25,739 bases of DNA from positions 1 through 25,739 of the forward strand of contig CBFGJR010000190.1 of the NCBI GenBank assembly GCA_965649145.1. Direction: 5' to 3'. Source of the DNA: a candidate division WOR-3 bacterium. Lineage in GTDB: Bacteria > Hydrothermota > Hydrothermia > Hydrothermales > JAJRUZ01. Position numbers and translations under genes: made by a program. This document shows, piece by piece, positions 1-7,739 of the stretch. Under the pieces are notes generated by a model. That model made no database searches, was not told the origin of the DNA, and saw nothing but the letters and a program-made list of their open reading frames with translations. The first letter of the stretch is position 1. Every line of letters starts with the position of its first letter.

Positions 1-104
1 TAAGTTATTATAAAAGGTAAATCAATAAAAAAATCGGGAAAAAAAATTCTTACAAAGGGCAATAAAAAAAAGGAATTAAAAATAAAAATTAAAAATCTAA
101 TCAT
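1..104 (-). CDS. Probable rod shape-determining protein MreD, N-terminal part; runs off the left edge and is not in the ORF track
   Basis: ATG at 104-102 overlaps the mreC stop (97-99). Manual translation MIRFLIFIFNSFFLLPFVRIFFPDFFIDLPFIIT is hydrophobic and open to base 1. It occupies the mreD position after mreB-mreC. Confidence 0.55.
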   Translation of the reverse strand, partial: MIRFLIFIFNSFFLLPFVRIFFPDFFIDLPFIIT

Positions 105-765
105 GGCTTCTTGGTGGTATAGTATAATAAAATTCATACCTTTCAGGTTTCCATAAAGGTTTAACATATATTTCATAAAATATTTCACCTTTTTTCTCAA
201 GGAAACTATCCACAATAAAAGCAGGGATACCTTTGGGAAAATTTTCAGTTAAACCGGAGGTAAAAAGTGAATCTCCTTTTTTCAATTCCCCCCAGGTTGG
301 ATAAAAACTTACTATTCCTCTTAATTCTCCTGTTCCCTGATACAATGATAAAATATTATATTTTGAAATCAGGGAGCATTTAAATTCTTTATTAAAAACA
401 GTCTTTACCTTTAAAAGTTCGCCGTTTTTTTCAACCACTTTTCCAACAAGTCCTTCCTCTGATATTACAACATCGCCTTTTTCACCTTTACCCTTAATAA
501 TGATATTTTCCGGGTAAGGAAAGTTATCATAGTAAACAGGAAAATTAACAAAAATTGGCATTTTTTCATTTTTTCTCAGGGAAAATTTTAATCCTTCAAT
601 CTTTTTTTTTCTTATGTAAAAAAAGGAATGTATTTCATTATATAAGGAGAAATAAGGATAAAAAATAAAACTTTCTATTTTCCTGTCCAGAAAATATTTA
701 AAGTTTTTTTTAAAGGAAAGAAGAGAAAGAATTACTAAGAAGAAAACAAAAAAATTTTTATTCAA
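97..765 (-). CDS. mreC: Rod shape-determining protein MreC (short form, lacking the long coiled coil)
   Basis: N-terminal hydrophobic anchor; motifs GLVGKVV, KKGDSLFTSGL and NFPKGIPAFIV typical of the MreC beta-domain; directly downstream of mreB. Confidence 0.85.
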   Translation of the reverse strand: MNKNFFVFFLVILSLLSFKKNFKYFLDRKIESFIFYPYFSLYNEIHSFFYIRKKKIEGLKFSLRKNEKMPIFVNFPVYYDNFPYPENIIIKGKGEKGDVVISEEGLVGKVVEKNGELLKVKTVFNKEFKCSLISKYNILSLYQGTGELRGIVSFYPTWGELKKGDSLFTSGLTENFPKGIPAFIVDSFLEKKGEIFYEIYVKPLWKPERYEFYYTIPPRSHD

Positions 766-1810
766 TAATCTTCTTTCTTTCCTTTAAAAGAACTTTTTCA
801 TAAAAAGATAAATTATCAAGAATTTTACCTGCTCCCCTTGCAACACATGTTCTTGGGTCATCTGCAATTCTTACAGGAAGACCAGTTGCTTCCTGTATTA
901 AGGCATCTAAATTTTTAAGTAAAGCACCCCCACCTGTTAAAAAAATACCTCTGTCAATAATATCAGAAGATAGTTCAGGGGGAGTTTTATCAAGAGCCTT
1001 TTTCGTAGCATCTATTATCTGGGAAAGAGGTTCCTTTAGAGCCTCTCTAACTTCTGAAGAAGTTATCCTGATAGTTCTAGGAATACCTCTTACAAGGTCT
1101 CTTCCCCTTACTTCCATCTCTTTGTCCTCTCCCACAGGAATACAATTTCCAATTTCTATTTTAATTTTTTCAGCTGTTTGTTCTCCTATAAGGACATTGT
1201 ATTTTCTTTTAACATATTCAACAATTGCCTCATCCAGTTCATCACCAGCTGTTCTTATGGAAACATTGGAAACAATCCCATTTAAAGCAATAACTGCTAT
1301 TTCGGTTGTGCCACCTCCTATATCAATTACCATATTTCCCACAGGTTCTGAAATTGGGAGACCAATACCAACAGCAGCTGCTATTGGTTCTGAAACAAGA
1401 AAAACCTCCCTTGCTCCTGCATGAATAGCTGAATCTTTAACTGCCCTCATTTCTACCTCCGTAATGCCTGAAGGAACACATATTAGAACTTTTGGATGAA
1501 GAAAAAGGGATTTTTTCGTAACTTTTGTAATAAAATAATGCAGCATTTCCTGAACAAGAATAAAATCAGCAATTACCCCATCTTTCATCGGTCTAACTGC
1601 TATAATTTCTACAGGAGTCTTTCCAAGCATTTTTTTTGCCTCATTTCCAACTGCTATAACTTTACCCGATTCTTTTTCAACTGCAACAACAGAAGGTTCG
1701 TCAAGAACAATTCCTTTTTCTTTTAAATAAATAAGCGTTGTTGCTGTTCCTAAATCAACAGCTACTTCATTACCAAGAAAAATATTAAAAAATTTAAAAT
1801 AGTTTACCAA
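758..1810 (-). CDS. mreB: Rod shape-determining protein MreB (TTG start inside rpmC)
   Basis: DLGTATT, EPSVVA, RPMKDGVIADF, DIGGGTTE and LTGGGALL actin-family/MreB motifs. Confidence 0.97.
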   Translation of the reverse strand: MVNYFKFFNIFLGNEVAVDLGTATTLIYLKEKGIVLDEPSVVAVEKESGKVIAVGNEAKKMLGKTPVEIIAVRPMKDGVIADFILVQEMLHYFITKVTKKSLFLHPKVLICVPSGITEVEMRAVKDSAIHAGAREVFLVSEPIAAAVGIGLPISEPVGNMVIDIGGGTTEIAVIALNGIVSNVSIRTAGDELDEAIVEYVKRKYNVLIGEQTAEKIKIEIGNCIPVGEDKEMEVRGRDLVRGIPRTIRITSSEVREALKEPLSQIIDATKKALDKTPPELSSDIIDRGIFLTGGGALLKNLDALIQEATGLPVRIADDPRTCVARGAGKILDNLSFYEKVLLKERKKIIE

Positions 1811-1991
1811 ATTTCTCTTTTAAAATTGTTTTAACTCTTGCTATGTCCCTTTTTATTTTTCTTATTTCCATTGGATTATCTATACTTCCAAGTACTTTCT
1901 TTGTCCTTAATTCAAATAATTTTTCTTTTAAATCTTTCAAAGTTTTTAAGAGTTCTTCCTCACTCAATTCTCTCAATTCAGAAGGTTTCAT
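1794..1991 (-). CDS. rpmC: 50S ribosomal protein L29
   Basis: [10 protein letters not shown]...[17 protein letters not shown]; follows rplP; GGAGG SD upstream. Confidence 0.95.
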   Translation of the reverse strand: MKPSELRELSEEELLKTLKDLKEKLFELRTKKVLGSIDNPMEIRKIKRDIARVKTILKEKFGKLF

Positions 1992-2407
1992 ACTCCTCCC
2001 TCCTTATAGCTTACAAACCTTGTCTTTATTGGCAATTTATGGGAAGCAATTTCAAAAGCTCTTCTTGCTGAATCCTCAGAAATACCTGCTAGTTCGAATA
2101 AAATTCTTCCTCTCTTGACCACTGCCACATAATGCTCCACATTTCCCTTTCCCTTACCCATCCTGGTCTCTGCTGGTTTCTTTGTAACAGGTTTGTCGGG
2201 GAAAATTCTAATCCACAGTTTTCCTCCCTTTTTAAGAAATCTACCTATAGCAAGTCTGCATGCTTCAATCTGATTTGCAGTTATCCATGCTGAATCAAGT
2301 GCCTTTAAACCATATTCACCAAATGCAAGATAGTACCCATCAATTGCCTTTCCCTTTCTTCTCCCCCTGTGCATCTTTCTGTATTTCATTCTTTTAGGCT
2401 GCAACAT
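1988..2407 (-). CDS. rplP: 50S ribosomal protein L16
   Basis: [33 protein letters not shown]. Confidence 0.98.
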   Translation of the reverse strand: MLQPKRMKYRKMHRGRRKGKAIDGYYLAFGEYGLKALDSAWITANQIEACRLAIGRFLKKGGKLWIRIFPDKPVTKKPAETRMGKGKGNVEHYVAVVKRGRILFELAGISEDSARRAFEIASHKLPIKTRFVSYKEGGV

Positions 2408-2409
2408 AT

Positions 2410-3066
2410 TTAAACCTCCTCAAGTTCTGGTTTTTCAAGGATTTCACCCTTATATATCCATACTTTTACACCTATAGTTCCATACCTTGTGAAAGCAGTA
2501 GAAAATCCATAATTAATATCAGCTCTTATTGTCTGAAGGGGGACTCTACCCTGCATATAACCTTCCTTTCTTGCTATTTCTGCTCCCTGAATTCTACCTT
2601 TACATTGAACTTTAATTCCCTTAGCGCCCATTCTAAAAGCCTGTGAAACAGCTCTCTTCATTGCCCTTCTATGGGACACTTGCTGTTCAATCCTTCTTGC
2701 AATTCCATCTGCGACAAGCTGAGCATCCAGTTCAGGAACCCTTATTTCTTGAACATGAATTGTAATATTTTCATTCTTTAAAAGGGTTGAAAGCTCCTTT
2801 TTAACAAGTTCAATTTCTTTTCCCTTCTGTCCAATCACCATTCCAGGTGAAGCTGTATGAATTGTAATTGTGATCTGTTCACCAGCTCTATCAATTACAA
2901 TATCTGAGACCCTTGCCTCCTTATACCTTTCCCTGAGATACTGTCTGATTTTAACATCTTCCTCAAAATATTTAACATACTCTTTTTTTCTATCACTAAA
3001 CCAGTGAGCCTTCCAATCTTTATAAACACCGAGCCTGAAACCATAAGGATGAACTTTTTGACCCAT
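2410..3066 (-). CDS. rpsC: 30S ribosomal protein S3
   Basis: [35 protein letters not shown]. Confidence 0.98.
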   Translation of the reverse strand: MGQKVHPYGFRLGVYKDWKAHWFSDRKKEYVKYFEEDVKIRQYLRERYKEARVSDIVIDRAGEQITITIHTASPGMVIGQKGKEIELVKKELSTLLKNENITIHVQEIRVPELDAQLVADGIARRIEQQVSHRRAMKRAVSQAFRMGAKGIKVQCKGRIQGAEIARKEGYMQGRVPLQTIRADINYGFSTAFTRYGTIGVKVWIYKGEILEKPELEEV

Positions 3067-3416
3067 TATTTTACCTCCTCAACAATTACTGTAAAATGAG
3101 CTGTATGCCTCCTTGCGATACTTGGAGAGCCTCTGAAACCCGGTCTTAAAATCCTCCATGTAGGTCCTTTATCTACCTTACATACTTTAACTAATAAATT
3201 ATCTAAATTAACATCTTCAAATTTTATTCCCTTTTTAAGTGCCCATGAATTACAGGCTGATTTAACTGCTTTATATAAGAATTTTGCAGATTTCTGTGGA
3301 AGAAAATAAAGAATATCAAGCGCTTCCTTAGCACTTTTCCCCTTCACAAGTTCACATATTCTCTTTGATTTTTTATATGAAGTCCTTAAATATTTTATTT
3401 TTGCCACTCCTTTCAT
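3066..3416 (-). CDS. rplV: 50S ribosomal protein L22 with a divergent beta-hairpin
   Basis: Position between rpsS and rpsC; N-terminal [12 protein letters not shown]; VDKGPT...TAHFTVIV C-terminal pattern. Confidence 0.92.
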   Translation of the reverse strand: MKGVAKIKYLRTSYKKSKRICELVKGKSAKEALDILYFLPQKSAKFLYKAVKSACNSWALKKGIKFEDVNLDNLLVKVCKVDKGPTWRILRPGFRGSPSIARRHTAHFTVIVEEVK

Positions 3417-3712
3417 TCTTTCTTACCCCCTTCTTTTTCCTCTTCTTTTTCCCTCTGACCTTTATGTCCTCTGAATGTTCTTGTTGGGGCAAATTCACCT
3501 AATTTATGACCCACCATAAGTTCTGTAATATAAACAGGAATAAATTTCCTTCCATTATGGACCTGGATTGTTAAACCAACCATTTCAGGAATAACCGTGC
3601 TTCTTCTTGAGTAGGTCTTTATAGGAGTACTGTCACCCCTTTGTTTGAGTTCCATTATTTTTTTAAAAAGTTTTGGGTCAACATAAACACCCTTTTTACT
3701 TGACCTTGGCAT
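3413..3712 (-). CDS. rpsS: 30S ribosomal protein S19 (start placed at ATG 3712 rather than GTG 3718)
   Basis: [27 protein letters not shown]; the GGAG SD is 9 nt from ATG 3712 but only 3 nt from GTG 3718. Confidence 0.96.
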   Translation of the reverse strand: MPRSSKKGVYVDPKLFKKIMELKQRGDSTPIKTYSRRSTVIPEMVGLTIQVHNGRKFIPVYITELMVGHKLGEFAPTRTFRGHKGQREKEEEKEGGKKE

Positions 3713-3714
3713 AA

Positions 3715-4536
3715 TCACTTTCTCCTTTTAATTATAAATCTCTCAGATGTTTTTCTGGGACTCCTTGTCTTCTTACCCTTTGTAACTTTTCCCCAAGGCG
3801 TTTTTGGAATCTTTCCCTTAGTTCTACCCTCTCCACCTCCATGAGGGTGATCACAAGGATTCATCGCTGTTCCCCTTACATGAGGTTTTCTTCCCATCCA
3901 TCTCATTCTTCCTGCCTTACCTATAACAATGTTTTCATTATCAAGATTTGAAACCCTTCCAAGAGTAGCAAGACACTTCATGTTTATTAACCTGACTTCG
4001 CCTGAAGGTAATTGAACATGAGCATAATTTCCTTCTTTTGCAAGAATAATAGCAGCACTTCCCGCTGATCTTACAAGCTTACCACCTCTTCCAGGAATAA
4101 GTTCTATGTTATGAATTTCCATACCCTCGGGAATTTCTGATAGAGGAAGAGTATTTCCTATCTTTAAAGGGGAATTTGGGCCTGAAACTATTTCATCTCC
4201 TACTTTAAGACCTTCTGGTGCAAGAATATATCTCTTTTCACCATCTATGTAACACAAAAGAGCAATTCTCGCAGTTCTGTTTGGGTCATACTCTATACTT
4301 AAAACCCTTGCAGGAATTCCAAATTTATCTCTCTTAAAATCAATTATCCTGTAAAGTCTTTTGTGACCTCCACCTCTGAATCTGGATGTTATTCTTCCCA
4401 GATTATTTCTCCCAGCAGTTTTCTTAAGAGGCAGAATAAGGCTCTTTTCTGGTTCTGTTTTTGTTATTTCCCCAAAGGTATAACCTGTCATAAATCTACG
4501 AGAAGGGGTAAAAGGATTATATTTTTTTATTCCCAT
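3715..4536 (-). CDS. rplB: 50S ribosomal protein L2
   Basis: [38 protein letters not shown]. Confidence 0.99.
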   Translation of the reverse strand: MGIKKYNPFTPSRRFMTGYTFGEITKTEPEKSLILPLKKTAGRNNLGRITSRFRGGGHKRLYRIIDFKRDKFGIPARVLSIEYDPNRTARIALLCYIDGEKRYILAPEGLKVGDEIVSGPNSPLKIGNTLPLSEIPEGMEIHNIELIPGRGGKLVRSAGSAAIILAKEGNYAHVQLPSGEVRLINMKCLATLGRVSNLDNENIVIGKAGRMRWMGRKPHVRGTAMNPCDHPHGGGEGRTKGKIPKTPWGKVTKGKKTRSPRKTSERFIIKRRK

Positions 4537-4545
4537 TTTTTCCTC

Positions 4546-4845
4546 CTATACACCCTCATAAAGAGGTATTGATTCACCTTCTTTTAACTTAACATAGGCT
4601 TTTTTCCATGAGGATGTTCTGCCATACAATCTGTGCCTTAATCTCTTTGGTTTGGGTTTAACTCTATGAGTTCTTACCTTTTCAACCTTAACCTTATATA
4701 AATTTTCAATAGCCCACTTTATCTCTTTTTTATTAGCATCCTTTCTTACTTTGAAAACATAATAATTATGCTTTTCTCTCAAAAATGCTCCTCTTTCTGT
4801 AATAAGAGGTGAAATTACAATATCATAAGGACTTTTATTCACCAT
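4546..4845 (-). CDS. rplW: 50S ribosomal protein L23
   Basis: PLITER, YVFKVRKDANKKEIK, WKKAYVKL. Confidence 0.96.
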   Translation of the reverse strand: MVNKSPYDIVISPLITERGAFLREKHNYYVFKVRKDANKKEIKWAIENLYKVKVEKVRTHRVKPKPKRLRHRLYGRTSSWKKAYVKLKEGESIPLYEGV

Positions 4846-5473
4846 TTATCCTCCCTCTTACTTTCAAAAATTCATTTAGTCCATTTTCTGAAAAAACAAC
4901 ATACTGCGAATTTAAAATTTCATAGGCATTTACATCAACAGCCCTTTTAAATAATACACCTTCAATGTTTCTAAAGGCTAAAAATTTATCCCTTTCATTA
5001 TCTCCAAAAAGTAAAATTACCTTTTTATTTTTAATTCCAAGATTAGAAAGAACTTTTTTACCTTCTTTTGTTTTTAAACCGATATTTTCAAGGTCTCTTA
5101 TTATCTTTAGCCTTTCTTCCTTTGCTCTATCACTCAAAGCTATATATAAAGCTTTTAACCTGGCTTTATAAGGAACCCTTATTGAAAAATCCCTTGGTCT
5201 TGGACCAAATACTATTCCTCCCTTTCTCCATATAGGTGATCTAATGGAACCATGTCTTGCCCATCCTGTGTGCTTCTGTGGCCATGGCTTTCTCCCGCCT
5301 CCACTTACCTCTCCCCTTGTCTTAGTCTTTGCAGTCCCTTCTCTCTGTCTTGAAAGATAATACTTGGTCACAAGCCAGAGAAGATGAATATTCCCTTCTA
5401 ATCCAAAAATACTCTCTGGCAGATTTCTTTCACCAATTTCTTTACCTGTAAGGTCAAAAATTTTTGCCTTCAT
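4835..5473 (-). CDS. rplD: 50S ribosomal protein L4
   Basis: TKTRGEVSGGGRKPWPQK, RSPIWRKGGIVFGPRPR. Confidence 0.97.
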   Translation of the reverse strand: MKAKIFDLTGKEIGERNLPESIFGLEGNIHLLWLVTKYYLSRQREGTAKTKTRGEVSGGGRKPWPQKHTGWARHGSIRSPIWRKGGIVFGPRPRDFSIRVPYKARLKALYIALSDRAKEERLKIIRDLENIGLKTKEGKKVLSNLGIKNKKVILLFGDNERDKFLAFRNIEGVLFKRAVDVNAYEILNSQYVVFSENGLNEFLKVRGRINGE

Positions 5474-6117
5474 TTTATTCTTACCCTTTTTGGAGTTCTC
5501 ACAATTACAAAACCACCTCTTGGTCCCGGTACAGAACCTTTAACTCCTATAAGTTTATTTTCAGGGTCAACATAAATAACCTTCAAATTATGCACTGTTT
5601 CTCTTTCATTACCATAATGACCAGCCATTTTTTTACCTTTCCAGACTCTTCCAGGATCAGTTGTCTGACCAATTGAACCTGGCCTTCTGTGGGACATAGA
5701 ACCATGGGAAGCAGGACCTCCTGCAAACCCCCATCTTTTTACCACCCCGGAAAAACCCCTTCCTTTTGTAAGCCCTATCACATCCACTATTTCACCCACT
5801 TCAAATATAGAAGGGCTTAATTCAGAACCTACTCTAAATAATTCAGAGTTAAACTCCCCTCTTACTTCCCTTATATACTCAGCAGGATATTCATCCCTTT
5901 CTCCAAAAACTTTCACAAATTCACCCAGAAGAGGTTTTTTAATTCTTTTTTTCTTCCTTTTACCAATGCAAAGTTTAACCGCAGTATAACCATCCTTTTC
6001 CTTGGTTCTTAATCCAAAAACATATACATTATCCACTTGTAAAAGGGTAGTAGGAGTTATCTCTTCACCATACAATATCCTTGTCATACCAACTTTTCTT
6101 GCCAAAATAGCTTTCAT
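5470..6117 (-). CDS. rplC: 50S ribosomal protein L3
   Basis: KVGMT, TKGRGFSGVVKRWGF, HRRPGSIG, KGKKMAGHYG. Confidence 0.98.
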   Translation of the reverse strand: MKAILARKVGMTRILYGEEITPTTLLQVDNVYVFGLRTKEKDGYTAVKLCIGKRKKKRIKKPLLGEFVKVFGERDEYPAEYIREVRGEFNSELFRVGSELSPSIFEVGEIVDVIGLTKGRGFSGVVKRWGFAGGPASHGSMSHRRPGSIGQTTDPGRVWKGKKMAGHYGNERETVHNLKVIYVDPENKLIGVKGSVPGPRGGFVIVRTPKRVRIK

Positions 6118-6437
6118 TTTTCAACACTCACTTCAATTTTTACATCCACCCCAGCAGGGAGATCAAGCTTTGATAATTTTTCCACGGTCTCCTGGGTAGG
6201 ATTTACTATCTCTATCAACCTCTTGTGAATAGAATAGAAAAACTGCTCCCTTGAAGTTTTATGAACAAAGGGACTTCTTATAACACTTATTAGCGTTTTT
6301 TTAGTTGGAAGTGGTATGGGTCCTCTCACATCAGCACCTGTTCCGCGCGCAGTAAGAGCTATCCTCTTAGCAGATTTTTCAATTAATCTCGGATCAAAAC
6401 TCTTTAATTTTATTCTTATTTTTTCTGTAAATGGCAT
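6114..6437 (-). CDS. rpsJ: 30S ribosomal protein S10
   Basis: KIRIKLKSFD, GPIPLPT, SREQF, HKRLIEI, LPAGVDV. Confidence 0.98.
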   Translation of the reverse strand: MPFTEKIRIKLKSFDPRLIEKSAKRIALTARGTGADVRGPIPLPTKKTLISVIRSPFVHKTSREQFFYSIHKRLIEIVNPTQETVEKLSKLDLPAGVDVKIEVSVEK

Positions 6438-6441
6438 AGCT

Positions 6442-7656
6442 TTACTCTATAATATCTGTAATAACACCTGCTCCTACCGTTCTTCCACCCTCTCTAATAG
6501 CAAACCTCAACTCCTTTTCCATAGCAACAGGATACATGAGTTCAACCTCAAGATTCACATGGTCTCCAGGCATTACCATTTCCCTTCCCTCCGGAAGTTT
6601 GATTGAACCAGTAACATCTGTTGTTCTGAAATAAAACTGTGGCTTATATCCTGTAAAGAAAGGTGTATGTCTTCCGCCTTCTTCCTTTGTAAGGACATAA
6701 ACCTGTGCTCTGAATTTTGTATGAGGTGTGATTGAACCTGGTTTTGCAAGAACCATTCCCCTCTCAACTTCATCCTTTCCTATACCTCTTAAAAGTACTC
6801 CTACATTATCACCTGCTCTCGCCTCATCAAGAATCTTTCTAAACATTTCAACAGAAGTAGCCACTGTTTTTCTTGTAGGACCAAAACCAACAATCTCTAT
6901 CTCTTCACCCGGCTTTAAAATACCCCTTTCAACTCTACCTGTTACAACTGTTCCTCTCCCTGTAATTGAAAATACATCCTCGATTGCCATTAAAAAGGGT
7001 CTATCAATTTCTCTAACTGGATCAGGAATATAATTGTCCATTGCATCAAGTAATTCCCATATTTTTCCACAGTGTTCACATTCTCTCTTTCCACACCCGC
7101 ACTTCAAAGCATTTAAAGCACTCCCCTTTATTACTGGAACCTGATCCCCTGGAAATTCATACTTTCTCAAAAGATCTCTAACCTCTTCCTCAACAAGATC
7201 AACTATCTCAGGGTCATCAACTGCATCAACTTTGTTTATATATACAACTATATAAGGCACATTTACCTGCCTTGCTAAAAGAACATGCTCTCTTGTCTGA
7301 GGCATCACTGAATCCACAGCTGAAACCACAAGGATTGAGCCATCCATTTGAGCAGCACCTGTTATCATATTTTTAATATAATCATGGTGTCCCGGACAGT
7401 CAATGTGTGCATAATGCCTTTTCTCTGATTCATATTCTACATGGGCAAGGTTAACTGTCAGAATTTTTGTCTCGTCCCTTCTGAAAAGCTTTGCATCAGC
7501 TTTCGCTACCTGATCGTAATCCTGTTCCTGAGCAAGACCATATTTTGCAAGAACTTTTGTAATAGCAGCTGTAAGAGTCGTTTTACCATGGTCAATATGA
7601 CCTATGGTTCCTACATTAACATGAGTCTTTTTTCTTTCAAACTTGGGTTTACTCAT
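6442..7656 (-). CDS. tuf: Elongation factor Tu
   Basis: [53 protein letters not shown]. Confidence 0.99.
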   Translation of the reverse strand: MSKPKFERKKTHVNVGTIGHIDHGKTTLTAAITKVLAKYGLAQEQDYDQVAKADAKLFRRDETKILTVNLAHVEYESEKRHYAHIDCPGHHDYIKNMITGAAQMDGSILVVSAVDSVMPQTREHVLLARQVNVPYIVVYINKVDAVDDPEIVDLVEEEVRDLLRKYEFPGDQVPVIKGSALNALKCGCGKRECEHCGKIWELLDAMDNYIPDPVREIDRPFLMAIEDVFSITGRGTVVTGRVERGILKPGEEIEIVGFGPTRKTVATSVEMFRKILDEARAGDNVGVLLRGIGKDEVERGMVLAKPGSITPHTKFRAQVYVLTKEEGGRHTPFFTGYKPQFYFRTTDVTGSIKLPEGREMVMPGDHVNLEVELMYPVAMEKELRFAIREGGRTVGAGVITDIIE

Positions 7657-7667
7657 TTTTTAAAAAA

Positions 7668-7720
7668 TTTTTGGATGGGAATAGAACCCACTTTGGGGTA
7701 TATTATAAAATCCCCAAAAA
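7668..7720 (-). promoter_or_regulatory. Structured tuf leader: T-loop hairpin (7675-7691) with alternative acceptor-like and upstream hairpin pairings, plus an embedded TATAAT box (7702-7707)
   Basis: Minus strand reads TTTTTGG GGATTTTATAATATACCCCAAA GTGGG TTCTATT CCCAT CCAAAAA TTTTTT. The pairings are read directly from the sequence; function is inferred. Confidence 0.6.
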
Positions 7721-7739
7721 TGAAAATTAAAATAATATT

